The translations under genes were made by a program, and so were the position numbers. The notes under the pieces were generated by a model. It saw only the letters and a list, made by a program, of their open reading frames with translations. It ran no database searches and had not been told where the DNA came from. A stretch of DNA of 64,000 nt from Coriobacteriaceae bacterium (GTDB taxonomy: Bacteria; Actinomycetota; Coriobacteriia; Coriobacteriales; Coriobacteriaceae). This document shows, one piece after another, positions 30,502 through 40,435 of the stretch (position 1 is the stretch's first letter; every line of letters begins with the position of its first letter). Location: assembly GCA_905194545.1 (NCBI GenBank), contig CAJJSS010000006.1, forward strand, positions 5,092 to 69,091, read 5' to 3'.

Positions 30502-30600
30502 AGGGGTTCCGAGGGGGTTCCGAGGTGCCGTGGTTTCGCCCTTTTTGCGCCGAAGCGATACACTGTTGCCGTTTGATTTCTTCGCTCAAGGAGGATGCGC

Positions 30601-32124
30601 ATGCCGTGCACAACGATTTTGGTTGGTAAGAACGCGAGCTACGACGGGTCGACGCTGGTCGCCCGCAACGAGGACTCGTCCAACGGGGTGTTTGAGCCCA
30701 AGCGCATGCGCGTGGTGCATCCCGACGAGCAGCCGCGTGTCTACACGAGCGTCCTGAGCCACCTGACCGTTGAGTTGCCCGACAATCCCATGCGCTACAC
30801 GAGCGTCCCCGACGTCGTTCCCGGTCACGGTATTTGGGCCGAGGCCGGATTCAACGAGCTCAATGTTGGCATGTCCGCAACCGAGACGCTCACCACCAAC
30901 GAGCGCGTCCGCGGTGCCGATCCGCTCGTGGACTATGTGCCCGCCAAGGGCAACGAGGGCGAGGACGGATACGTTCCGGCACAGTCCGGTGGCTTGGGCG
31001 AGGAGGACATGGTGACCCTGGTCCTGCCGTACGCCAAGTCCGCCCGCGACGGCGTACGCATTCTGGGTGACCTGCTCGAGCGCTACGGCACCTACGAGAA
31101 CAACGGCATCGCCTTTAGCGACGTGGACGAGATCTGGTGGCTCGAGACCATCGGCGGCCACCACTGGATTGCCAAGCGCGTGCCTGACGACGCCTATGTG
31201 ACCATGCCCAACCAGCTGGGTATCGACAGCTTTGACCTGGATGACGCCGAGGGCGCCCAGGCCGACCACATGTGCTCCGCCGACTTGCGCGCCTGGATGG
31301 CCGAGTGGCATCTGGACCTGACGCTGGGCGTCGAGGGCGACGGCCCGGCTGCGGTCTTTAACCCGCGCGAGGCCTTTGGCTCGCACAGCGACAGCGACCA
31401 CGTCTACAACACGCCGCGCGCGTGGTACATGCAGCGCTGTCTCAACCCCAGCGACGTGTGGGATGGCCCCGACGCCGACTACACGCCCGAGAGCGACGAT
31501 ATCCCCTGGAGCCGCGTGCCCGAGCACAAGGTGACCATCGAGGACATCAAGTACGTACTCTCGAGCCACTACCAGGGCACGGAGTACGATTGCTACGGTA
31601 GCAAGGGCACGCCCGCTACGCGTGGCGCATATCGCCCCATCGGCATCAACCGCAACAGCCAGCTCGCCGTGTTGCAGCTGCGTCCCTATGCGCAGCCGGC
31701 CTATCGCGCCGTGCAGTGGATGGCGTTTGGCTCCAACTCGTTTAACGCGCTGGTTCCGCTGTACGCCAACGTCGAGACCATGCCCGAGTACTATGCCGAC
31801 ACGCAGGCTCGCGTAACGTCCGAAAACTTCTACTGGGCCAACCGCCTGATCGGCGCGCTGGCTGACGTCCGCTTCCATGAGTGCGGTCGCGCGGTCGAGG
31901 ATTATCAGGAGAAGGTCGGTGGCATGGGCCACAAGCAGATCCATGACATCGACGCTGCCGTAGCCGCTCTGCCCGAGGCCGAGGTGTCTGCCGAACTTGC
32001 ACGCGCCAACGAGGAGTTTGCCGAGCGTGTTCGCGTAGAGACCGATGCTCTACTGGGCAAGGTGCTCTACACCACGAGCTGCGCCATGAAGAACTCTTTT
32101 GCGATGAACGACAACGTGAGGTAA
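30601..32124 (+). CDS. Peptidase C69-family dipeptidase
   Basis: N-terminal CTTILVGK..DGS..ARNED, MSATET, YNTPR.W. Confidence 0.93.
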   Translation: MPCTTILVGKNASYDGSTLVARNEDSSNGVFEPKRMRVVHPDEQPRVYTSVLSHLTVELPDNPMRYTSVPDVVPGHGIWAEAGFNELNVGMSATETLTTNERVRGADPLVDYVPAKGNEGEDGYVPAQSGGLGEEDMVTLVLPYAKSARDGVRILGDLLERYGTYENNGIAFSDVDEIWWLETIGGHHWIAKRVPDDAYVTMPNQLGIDSFDLDDAEGAQADHMCSADLRAWMAEWHLDLTLGVEGDGPAAVFNPREAFGSHSDSDHVYNTPRAWYMQRCLNPSDVWDGPDADYTPESDDIPWSRVPEHKVTIEDIKYVLSSHYQGTEYDCYGSKGTPATRGAYRPIGINRNSQLAVLQLRPYAQPAYRAVQWMAFGSNSFNALVPLYANVETMPEYYADTQARVTSENFYWANRLIGALADVRFHECGRAVEDYQEKVGGMGHKQIHDIDAAVAALPEAEVSAELARANEEFAERVRVETDALLGKVLYTTSCAMKNSFAMNDNVR

Positions 32125-32223
32125 GGGTTTCCCGTCGATCGAATAGCGCTAAAACGCTTTGTCGCTTTCGCTCAATCTTGGGTACAAGAACGCCAATGCA
32201 GTTGTTTGTGATTGGAGACAGCC

Positions 32224-32640
32224 ATGGTTATGAAACTCGATCAGCTTGTTAACGGCGCCATTAACGTGGGCTTCGGCGCCGCCGCCGTTGCCGTCGAGGG
32301 CAGCAAGAAGGTTCTCGACGACCTTAGTACCAAGGGCGAGCAGGTTCGCAAGGACGCCGGCACCCCCGATATCGCCCGTAGCGTGTCCGACATGTTCGAG
32401 CAGGCCGGCGGCACCATCTCCGACCTGACCGAGCGTCTGGGCATGCAGGGCGAGACCGCGGCCCAACGCGTGCTCGACGAGCTCATTCTGGCTCGCGTCC
32501 GCGTTATGACCGCGCCCGAGCGCACGGCCTTCCTGGCCCATGTGCGCGACATCGTCGATTCGGTCGAGGACAACGTGACCTCGGTGCCCGTCGAGTCCGT
32601 TGAGCCCGACGATGCGAAGGATACCGAAGAGGCCGAGTAG
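32224..32640 (+). CDS. Hypothetical phasin-like helical protein
   Basis: 'GFGAAAVAVE..LDDL..KGEQ' pattern; GGAG RBS; 8 nt before the ABC1 kinase gene. Confidence 0.65.
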   Translation: MVMKLDQLVNGAINVGFGAAAVAVEGSKKVLDDLSTKGEQVRKDAGTPDIARSVSDMFEQAGGTISDLTERLGMQGETAAQRVLDELILARVRVMTAPERTAFLAHVRDIVDSVEDNVTSVPVESVEPDDAKDTEEAE

Positions 32641-32648
32641 CAGCGCAG

Positions 32649-34412
32649 ATGGCAGATTCCACCACCGATTACAACAATCTAGATCCCTTGGGTGACGAGG
32701 CGGCGGTTGTCGATGAGGTCGATGCCGTCGTCTCGGGCGCTCGCAAGAAGCCGCGCGCTGTCGATATGGTCCCCGAGGAGCCCGACGCGATGGCGCCGGA
32801 CGAGGAATACCAGCTCACGCCGGCGGGTCGCCGCGAGCGCATCGGACAGATTGTTCGCCTGGTCAAAAAGTACCGCGTGTGGGATAACCTCACGCCGGTT
32901 CGTTTGCGCCGCCTGCTCGAGGAGCTCGGCCCCATGTTCGTCAAGATGGGGCAGATTCTGGCCAACCGGTCCGAGATTCTGCCGCAACGCTTTTGCGACG
33001 AGCTGCGTCGTCTGCGCTCCGACGTGGAGCCGGTGCCGTACGAGGTCGTACTCAGTTGTCTGGAAGAAGAATACGGCCTGCGCCTGGGGGAGATGTTCGA
33101 TGCGATCGACCCCAACCCGCTCGGTAGCGCGTCGCTCGCACAGGTGCACCGCGCTCGTCTGGTGACGGGCGAGGACGTGGCCGTCAAGGTGCAGCGCCCC
33201 GGTGCGCAGCAGGTTATGGCACAGGACATCGATATCATCCGCTCGGTGGTGCGTATCGTTTCCAAGTTCGTCAACACCGATCAATTCGTTGACCTGCACG
33301 GCGTAGTCGAGGAGTTGTGGACCTCGTTTCGCGAGGAGACCAACTTTTTGGCCGAGGCCAAAAACCTCAACGACTTCAACGAGTTCCATAAGAGTGTTCA
33401 TGGCGTGACGTGTCCTAAATCCTATCTGGACCTGTGCACCGAGCACGTGGTGGTTATGGACTACGTCGACGGCATTTCGATCGCCGATCCTGAACGCTTG
33501 GTGGCCGAGGGCTATGACCTGGAAAAGATCGGTGCCGCAATCGTCGAGGACTACTCGACGCAGGTGCTCGATGACGGCTTTTTCCATGCCGACCCGCATG
33601 CGGGAAACATCATCCTCAAGGACGGCGTCGTTTACTTTATCGACTTGGGCATGGTCGGACGCATGTCGAGCCACGATCGTGGCATCGTTAAGGACATGAT
33701 TTTTGCCGTGGCCGAGGGTGACGTGCCCAAGCTCAAGGATTCGCTCATGCGCTTCGCCGTGACGCGTGGCGACTCGGCCGAGCTCGACCATTCGGCCTTT
33801 TTGTCCGACTTGGACTTTATCGTGGCTGACTTTGCGGGCCTTGACCTTAAAGACTTGGATATCGGCGAGTTTTTGACCTCGCTGCTAAACCTCGCGCGTA
33901 AGAATGACGTTGAGCTGCCGAGCGTGGTGACGATGTTCGCGCGCGGCATGGTGACGCTCGAGGGTTTGCTGACCGAGTACATGCCCAACGTCAACATGAT
34001 CCAGATCATCCAAACCCACATTAAAAACGAGAAAAGCACCTATGCACGCGTGCGTGATATGGGGCGCGATCTTGCCGCGAGCAGCTATCGCGCGGCGAAG
34101 GGCTCACTCGAGGCGGCTGAGTACCTGGGGCTGGCTTCGCGTATGCTCACGCGCGGGCAGCTTAAGGTGAACACGCAGATCATGAGCAGCGATAAGGCGC
34201 TGCGACAGCTGGGCGGAATTATCGACCGCATGTCGATGGCTATCGTTATCGCCGGCCTGTTTATCGGTTCGTCGGTGGTGTACTACGCACGCATCGAGCC
34301 GGTTGTGTTTGGTATCCCGGTCATTGGCTTTATGGGCTACGTGAGCGCGCTGGTGCTGGCGCTTATGCTGGGCCGCAATATCTGGCTCAACAGCCACGGC
34401 GGCAAACACTAG
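32649..34412 (+). CDS. AarF/ABC1/UbiB-family atypical kinase
   Basis: LGP.FVK.GQ, SASLAQVH, VAVKVQRP, FFHADPH.GN, IDLGM; C-terminal TM helices. Confidence 0.93.
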   Translation: MADSTTDYNNLDPLGDEAAVVDEVDAVVSGARKKPRAVDMVPEEPDAMAPDEEYQLTPAGRRERIGQIVRLVKKYRVWDNLTPVRLRRLLEELGPMFVKMGQILANRSEILPQRFCDELRRLRSDVEPVPYEVVLSCLEEEYGLRLGEMFDAIDPNPLGSASLAQVHRARLVTGEDVAVKVQRPGAQQVMAQDIDIIRSVVRIVSKFVNTDQFVDLHGVVEELWTSFREETNFLAEAKNLNDFNEFHKSVHGVTCPKSYLDLCTEHVVVMDYVDGISIADPERLVAEGYDLEKIGAAIVEDYSTQVLDDGFFHADPHAGNIILKDGVVYFIDLGMVGRMSSHDRGIVKDMIFAVAEGDVPKLKDSLMRFAVTRGDSAELDHSAFLSDLDFIVADFAGLDLKDLDIGEFLTSLLNLARKNDVELPSVVTMFARGMVTLEGLLTEYMPNVNMIQIIQTHIKNEKSTYARVRDMGRDLAASSYRAAKGSLEAAEYLGLASRMLTRGQLKVNTQIMSSDKALRQLGGIIDRMSMAIVIAGLFIGSSVVYYARIEPVVFGIPVIGFMGYVSALVLALMLGRNIWLNSHGGKH

Positions 34413-34519
34413 AGGCTGCGACCGTCACCGCATTTTCCTATCGCAAACAATCGCTTTTACCTTGGGCTTCGCCTGTGTGCGGGGCCCTTTTGCGTGATAC
34501 CATTTTGACGGTAATAATC

Positions 34520-34705
34520 GATGGCCTAGATGGTGGTGCGGAGACGCACGAATGCGCGGTTTTCCTGCGCGTTTGGGAGAATCGGGGTGCAAGTCCCCGG
34601 CTGTACCAGTAACCGTAATTCCTCTTGGCTCGGGATGTTCGCGTCGCAGATCGGACGGCGCGCCTGAGCCGTTAAGGTTAAGTCGGATCGCCTCCCATCT
34701 TGCAT
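34520..34705 (+). ncRNA. Cobalamin riboswitch
   Basis: GGGAGAA-CGGGGTGCAAGTCCCCG-CTGTACCAGTAACCGTAA core, B12-box-like AAGTCGGA..CC, closing helix AGATGG/CCATCT; upstream of DUF4430 genes. Confidence 0.8.
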
Positions 34706-34843
34706 GCGGCTGCGGCGTATGCCGCCGGTGTGCATAGGGCTCTGGAGGGAAGGGGGACCCCGATGGGGGAACTCGAGCGCAACATGCGCGATGACGTGGG
34801 GCAGCCGCTGGGCAATGCCCCAAGTTCAGACAATAGGAGACAA

Positions 34844-37800
34844 ATGGATATGTTTGAGGACGAGCGCCAGCGCGCCTCGTGGCATCGCCGTGGCGCGATT
34901 GCACGCGGTGTAGCCAAGCGCGGCCTGGTGGCATTCCTGGCCTTCGCGATGGCCTTTGGCACCACGCCGGCTCAGCTGTGGGCCGAGGGCGCCGAGGGCA
35001 TTGCCGAGGCTGTGGCTCAGGCTGCGACGCCGGGCGAGGGTGCGGGGGCCACGGACGGTACTGCCGACGGTGTCGTTTCTGAAACCGGCTCTAACGCGAG
35101 CGATGCGTCGGCCAACGATGGCACTTCGACGAATGCCGCAGATAGCAACGGCGTAGCGTCGGACGATTCTGCCGCAGTCGAGGCTTCTACTGCTTCGCCG
35201 GATTCATCCGAACAGAACGTCAAAAGCGTTGTAGCCGCTTCCGATGAGGCTGAATCTCAGCCTACCGAAGCCGCAAGCCAAGAGGTCTCGGCCACGTGCT
35301 CCGTCGTCGGCACCGACGCCGAAGGCGCCCAGCAGACCTGGGCCGCCGCGCAGAAGATCGCTCTGAGGGAGGGCTCGACCGCGGCCGACCTCTCCGAGCA
35401 GCTCTTCAAGCAGGCCGGCCTCAAGGCCGACTACGACCCCAACGGCTCCTGGGGCTGGGCGCTCAACTCGATCACGTCGCCCTTCGACTCCGGCCGCACG
35501 CTCGCCTACGACCCGGCGACCGGAGCGTACTGGCAGCTGTTCGTCAACGGCAGCGCCTCCGCGGTCGGCGCTGGCGGCCACACGCTCAAGGACGGCGACT
35601 CCGTCGTCTGGTGCTACTCGAAGTACGGTGACCCCGCGCCCGCCAATCAGATTTCCGTTAGCTGTACCGTTATCGGCCAGGACGCCTCGGGTGCTCAGCA
35701 GACATGGGCGCAGCCCACGACAGCTTTGGTGGAAGAGGGCGCGACCGCTGCGGATCTTTCCGAGCAGGCCTTTAAAAAAGCCGGCATTGGTGCCAAAACG
35801 GGGAAAGGCGCGTACGGCTGGTATCTCGAGTCGCTGACTTCACCGTTCAACAAGACCGTGAAGCTTTCGAGCGAGAAAGTTAACGAAAACACTTGGAAAT
35901 TCTGGCAGTTCTTCGTTAACGGTCAGGCGGCCAATGTCGGCGCGGGCAATTACACACTCAAGGCCGGGGACAAGGTCACCTGGGTCTATGGCTTTGATGG
36001 AACCATGCCCGGCCAGGTTTCCGTTTCAATGGAGATTATCGGCAAGAAGGATGAGAAGGCGCAGCGCTGGACCGATCCTTCAACGCAGGTGTTTGTCGAG
36101 GGCACGACGATCAAGGACGCCTCCGCTGCCTACTTCGATGCCATTGGCGTTGAGTCCAAGATGTACGACCAATTTGGTTATTGGGGCGTTCATAGTCTTG
36201 TCTCCCCGCTTGATGGCACCGAGCTGTCGGGTGCATGGTCGTTCTTTGTTAACGGCGTTCCGGGGCCTCAGCTTGATAGCGATTACGTGCTCAAGTCGGG
36301 CGACAAAATCGTCTGGGCTTACGCCCCTGGTGACACTGTTCCTAATCCCGATGAAGCCGTAGTCGATCCGAGCGCTTCGCGCCCGACCGATTGGAAAGCC
36401 GACTGGAGTGGCAATTCCAATGCGGTGGTCAAGAACGTGTCCACGCCTACGGGCGCACTGGCAAGCTCTTGGACGTTCGATTGGAAGGCCTACTCGGGTG
36501 CCACGTATCCCAATGCGAGCGAGCCTATTGTCGTGAACGGCAACGTTTACCTTGCCGTGAACAAGCGTTTGCTTAAGATCGATGCCGAGTCGGGCAAGGT
36601 GCTTGTCGAGTCGAGCCTTAAGACTGCGATTGGCTACACCGCGCGTCCGATTTATACGAACGGTTTGGTTATCGTTCCGCTCGACGGCGGTGCGGTCCAG
36701 GCTCTGACGGCCGATACGCTGACGACGGTTTGGGTCACTGACTCTGTGAGCAAATCTGCTCAGTCGAATTCTCAGCTGACGGTCGACGGCAACTATTTGT
36801 ACGTCGGCACCGTTGATGTCGACTTTGGAACGAGTACGTACAATAACGGTCATCTGACGCGTATTAATATCCTGACCGGCGCTGTTTCTTGGCAGCATGT
36901 TAATGCTGATGAGGGCTACTACTGGACGAGCGCTACAGTGGGCGACGGCTATATTCTGGTTCCGACGAGTGCAGGTACCGTTGAGATGCTGAGCAAGTCG
37001 ACGGGTGATGTGCTCAGCAGCGTTTCGGTTGGTGCCATCGTCAACTCCGGCTGTGTGCTGTCCAAAGACGGCAAGCATGCCTATGTGATCTCGCGCGACG
37101 GTAAGCTCCACGTGCTGGCGCTGTCCGATACAAAGGCAAGGGCCTCTTCGCGCATTTCCGAAGAACGCGTCATCGATCTTGGTCTTACGGGTTGTGCCTG
37201 CATGTCCACGCTGTATGGCAATAAGCTGATTGTCGGTGGCGAGGTTTCTGGCGGTTCGGCGCTGGCGATTGTCGACCTTGATAATGACTTTGCTACGACG
37301 TTGGTTTCGTCTGCCGATGGCTCCGTGCTTCCTGCCGGTGGCATCAAGGGCGCACCGCTCGTGAGTGTCCAGGCGGATGGCACGTACGTTTATTTCACTG
37401 TCAACTATGGTGCGACTTCCGACTATGTGAACTACACCTCGGGCGGTGGTGTGTATCGCTACAAGATGGGTGACGCACAGGCGACCGGTGCGTTTAGCGC
37501 AGCGGGACACAACAATTACTGTGACTCGCCGATTGCTTGCGATGCCAAGGGTAACCTCTACTACATCAACGATTCCGGCACGCTTTTCAAGCTGAGTGGT
37601 GGCGTTAAGGTCTCGTTTGAGACTGGCGAGGGTTCTAAGGTCGACTTCCAGACTACGGCCGACGGCAAGCTGGTCAAGCCGGCCGATCCGACGCGCGATG
37701 GCTACACTTTCGGCGGTTGGTTCACCGATGAGGCTTGCACGCAGGCGTATGACTTTAGCACGCCGGTGACGGCCGACCTGACGTTGTATGCCAAGTGGAG

Positions 37801-38272
37801 CAAGAATGCCGTTAACCCTGGCGGTAATGGCGGTTCTGGCACTAATGGTGGCAACGGTGGCGCTGGCAACGGTTCCGGCGCTGGCGCTGGCACTGGCACG
37901 GGTTCCGGCTCCGGCACGAAGGGCCAGCAGGCTGGCGGCGCTGTCGCCCCGGGTCATAAGCCGACGACCAAGACGACGGTGTCGACCAAGACCGAGACCA
38001 AGGACAACAAGTCCGACAAGAAGGACTCCGATAAGTCCGATAAGAAGGACGAGAAGAAGTCTGACAAGAAGTCTGACAAGAAGGACAGCAAGTCCGACAA
38101 GAAGTCCGATTCCAGGTCCGATGCGGGTGCTGCTTCCACGACCACTGCTAAGAAGTCCTCTAGCGCTTCCGAGCAGGAGACTGGCATCAACCCGCTCGCC
38201 ATTGTTGGCGTTGCCGCCGGCGTCATCGGTCTCGCCATCGTCGGCGTGTTCGTGTTCACCAAACGTCGGTAG
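34844..38272 (+). CDS. Cell-surface protein: three DUF4430 (transcobalamin-like) repeats, PQQ-type beta-propeller, InlB B-repeat, Gly-rich and Lys/Asp/Ser-rich linkers, C-terminal anchor
   Basis: Three W(Q/S)(L/F)FVNG..LK.GD motifs; PTRDGYTFGGWF..DF..PVT.DLTLYAKW; C-terminal TM + KRR; AGGAG RBS. Confidence 0.85.
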   Translation: MDMFEDERQRASWHRRGAIARGVAKRGLVAFLAFAMAFGTTPAQLWAEGAEGIAEAVAQAATPGEGAGATDGTADGVVSETGSNASDASANDGTSTNAADSNGVASDDSAAVEASTASPDSSEQNVKSVVAASDEAESQPTEAASQEVSATCSVVGTDAEGAQQTWAAAQKIALREGSTAADLSEQLFKQAGLKADYDPNGSWGWALNSITSPFDSGRTLAYDPATGAYWQLFVNGSASAVGAGGHTLKDGDSVVWCYSKYGDPAPANQISVSCTVIGQDASGAQQTWAQPTTALVEEGATAADLSEQAFKKAGIGAKTGKGAYGWYLESLTSPFNKTVKLSSEKVNENTWKFWQFFVNGQAANVGAGNYTLKAGDKVTWVYGFDGTMPGQVSVSMEIIGKKDEKAQRWTDPSTQVFVEGTTIKDASAAYFDAIGVESKMYDQFGYWGVHSLVSPLDGTELSGAWSFFVNGVPGPQLDSDYVLKSGDKIVWAYAPGDTVPNPDEAVVDPSASRPTDWKADWSGNSNAVVKNVSTPTGALASSWTFDWKAYSGATYPNASEPIVVNGNVYLAVNKRLLKIDAESGKVLVESSLKTAIGYTARPIYTNGLVIVPLDGGAVQALTADTLTTVWVTDSVSKSAQSNSQLTVDGNYLYVGTVDVDFGTSTYNNGHLTRINILTGAVSWQHVNADEGYYWTSATVGDGYILVPTSAGTVEMLSKSTGDVLSSVSVGAIVNSGCVLSKDGKHAYVISRDGKLHVLALSDTKARASSRISEERVIDLGLTGCACMSTLYGNKLIVGGEVSGGSALAIVDLDNDFATTLVSSADGSVLPAGGIKGAPLVSVQADGTYVYFTVNYGATSDYVNYTSGGGVYRYKMGDAQATGAFSAAGHNNYCDSPIACDAKGNLYYINDSGTLFKLSGGVKVSFETGEGSKVDFQTTADGKLVKPADPTRDGYTFGGWFTDEACTQAYDFSTPVTADLTLYAKWSKNAVNPGGNGGSGTNGGNGGAGNGSGAGAGTGTGSGSGTKGQQAGGAVAPGHKPTTKTTVSTKTETKDNKSDKKDSDKSDKKDEKKSDKKSDKKDSKSDKKSDSRSDAGAASTTTAKKSSSASEQETGINPLAIVGVAAGVIGLAIVGVFVFTKRR

Positions 38273-39175
38273 GTGAGGGCTGTGTCCAATAAATCCAAGG
38301 ACGCTGACCCCAAGCAACCAGATTCCTCGTTCATTCAGTTCGACGATACAAAGCAACAGGGCGCCGCTTCGGCGGCGTCCGCCCCTCGTCGCAAGGCGCT
38401 CCTTGGCGTTTTGACTGCCGCGTGCACCATTCTGATCGTCGTCTCGCTGGGCTTCGTCCATCCTTCCGAGAGCGGCGCCTGGTCCATCGACTGGATCATT
38501 CAGACCGTGACGGGGGAGAGCGTCGTCACCAAGGACACCAAGGTGTCTGGCTCGACTACGACTTCGGGCGAGGCCAGTTCCAAGGATTCCAAGTCATCGA
38601 ATGACGCAAAAGATGAGTCCAAGCATTCTGATGAGTCCAAGTCCAAGGACGATTCCGAGTCTTCAAACAAGGAATCGGACAAGAACTCGGATAACAAGAA
38701 GTCCGAGGACCAGGACGGCAAGAAGTCTGGCGATAAATCCGCTGCCCAAAATACGGGAGCCGGTGATACTTCCAATGCGTCTGGCGGTGGACAGTCGTCT
38801 GATGGAGCCTCATCCTCTAATGGTGGAAACGCCTCCTCGGGCGGCCAGAGCGGCTCGCAGGAGTCCAGCTACGTAACAGTGACGGTTTCGGTCACATCGA
38901 GCGCTGTGGGCAATCCTGTGTCTTCTGGTGGCACCTTTACCTTTAACGAAGGCACTACCGTCTATGATGCCCTGTGCGCGCTGGGCCTTTCCGTTAACGC
39001 ACATGGCTCGTCGTACGGCACGTATGTCTCCGCGATTGGTGGTTTGGCCGAGAAACAGTACGGTGGCACGAGCGGCTGGATGTACTCCGTCAACGGCACA
39101 ACGCCCATGACGGCCTGCAGTAACTACGTTCTCTCCAATGGCGACAACGTGGTCTGGTATTACGTTACAGGCTAG
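38273..39175 (+). CDS. Membrane-anchored DUF4430 protein
   Basis: TM helix, Ser/Lys/Asp-rich linker, YVSAIGGLAEK..SGWMYSVNG..LSNGDNVVWYY. Confidence 0.85.
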   Translation: MRAVSNKSKDADPKQPDSSFIQFDDTKQQGAASAASAPRRKALLGVLTAACTILIVVSLGFVHPSESGAWSIDWIIQTVTGESVVTKDTKVSGSTTTSGEASSKDSKSSNDAKDESKHSDESKSKDDSESSNKESDKNSDNKKSEDQDGKKSGDKSAAQNTGAGDTSNASGGGQSSDGASSSNGGNASSGGQSGSQESSYVTVTVSVTSSAVGNPVSSGGTFTFNEGTTVYDALCALGLSVNAHGSSYGTYVSAIGGLAEKQYGGTSGWMYSVNGTTPMTACSNYVLSNGDNVVWYYVTG

Positions 39176-39197
39176 GGACCTCGACATAGTGCGCCAG

Positions 39198-39235
39198 ACG
39201 GGCGGTTCGGACAAACATCCGGGCCGCCCGTTTTT
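39198..39235 (+). terminator. Intrinsic terminator of the DUF4430 operon
   Basis: ACGGGCGGTTCGGA/TCCGGGCCGCCCGT stem + T tract. Confidence 0.8.
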
Positions 39236-39274
39236 CATGCGAATGGGACTGGGTCGCCGGGTCTCTCGGCAAAC

Positions 39275-39311
39275 AAAAAAACCGGTTGGAACGGGAATTC
39301 CAACCGGTTTT
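39275..39311 (-). terminator. Terminator (possibly bidirectional) after gtrA
   Basis: AAAACCGGTTGGAA/TTCCAACCGGTTTT with A tract on the left. Confidence 0.8.
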
Positions 39312-39335
39312 ACATTCAAGCAAATAGTGAATCGA

Positions 39336-39743
39336 CTACGACTGCGCGCCCTCGAGGAATAAGCGACGGCTAAAGTAGTTGTACCAGGTGACCAAGAACG
39401 TTGCGATTGCCTTCATGGCCTGGTAGCCGATGCTCAAAAACGTGACGCCCACAAACATGTACAGGTCGTTGAGACCCAGGCCAATCACCGACAGGATGGT
39501 GAAGATCGTGAACTCGCGCTTGCGGCTCATGCCCTCACGGTGGTCGAACACGTACTTCATGCTGAGCCAGTAGTTGACCACGACGGACGTGATAAACGAG
39601 ACTGTGGTACTCATCAAAAAGTCGAGGTGGAACAGCTCGACGAGCGCAATGAGCATGCCCCAGTCGATGCCAAAGGAGATAAGACCCACGACAGCGAACT
39701 TGAGGAATTGCTTAGTATGAGGTTGTGCCAGTGCCTTGCGCAC
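39336..39743 (-). CDS. GtrA-family membrane protein
   Basis: QFLKFAVVG, NY..SMKYVF, four TM helices. Confidence 0.9.
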   Translation of the reverse strand: MRKALAQPHTKQFLKFAVVGLISFGIDWGMLIALVELFHLDFLMSTTVSFITSVVVNYWLSMKYVFDHREGMSRKREFTIFTILSVIGLGLNDLYMFVGVTFLSIGYQAMKAIATFLVTWYNYFSRRLFLEGAQS

Positions 39744-39961
39744 GTAATCACATCCAATGCGTTGACGAATCGAGCAGAGGATACTTTAGAGCTTTTGCAA
39801 GGGAAACGTAAGGGCTTTGCCAAGAACTATATGAACTCGTCAAATTTGCAAGAGACAATCCGCAAACGTCGTAAATCCTTCCGTAAACGAGCAAGGCCCA
39901 CGAACAACACGGCGCTCGACGCGCGTCATCCGTGGGCATTGTAAAGCTGTAAGGTTGCGAG

Positions 39962-40357
39962 TTACTTGGTCTCGTCGCCTTCCAGGAAGATCTTTCGGGT
40001 CACAAAGTTGTAGACCATGACAAGCGCGGTGGCGCAGATCTTGGCGATATTGGCCTCGAGTCCCAGGCCGGCGTTGAGTGTCAACACGATACCGTCGTTG
40101 AGTGCCAGGCCGATCACGGACAGCACGACAAAGATAATGAACTCGCGGCGGCGGCTTATGCCTTCCTTGTGCGCAAACACGTATTTCATGCTTGCGAGGT
40201 AGTTAAAGATGAGTGAGATGATAAAGCCGCTGGTGTTGGCGATTAGGATGTTAAGGCCCAGACCGTAGTGGAGCAGATTCATAATGCCAAAGTCGATGAC
40301 CGTGGCAATGACGCCGACGACGCCAAACTTCATGATCTGCGCAAGGAGCTTTTGCAT
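39962..40357 (-). CDS. GtrA-family membrane protein (paralog)
   Basis: KFGVVG, NY.ASMKYVF, NFVTRK. Confidence 0.9.
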   Translation of the reverse strand: MQKLLAQIMKFGVVGVIATVIDFGIMNLLHYGLGLNILIANTSGFIISLIFNYLASMKYVFAHKEGISRRREFIIFVVLSVIGLALNDGIVLTLNAGLGLEANIAKICATALVMVYNFVTRKIFLEGDETK

Positions 40358-40435
40358 GGTACCTGCCTTATGGTGGCGCCGGGGCGCCGCGGGGATGACA
40401 AACTCAGCAAGTTTAGCCAATCCCCGCGGGTGGGG

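Noticed and set aside
37810..38120. Tandem repeats as a possible CRISPR or other array
   Set aside because: In-frame low-complexity linkers (GNGG/GAGT, SDKK) with no repeat-spacer structure and no cas genes
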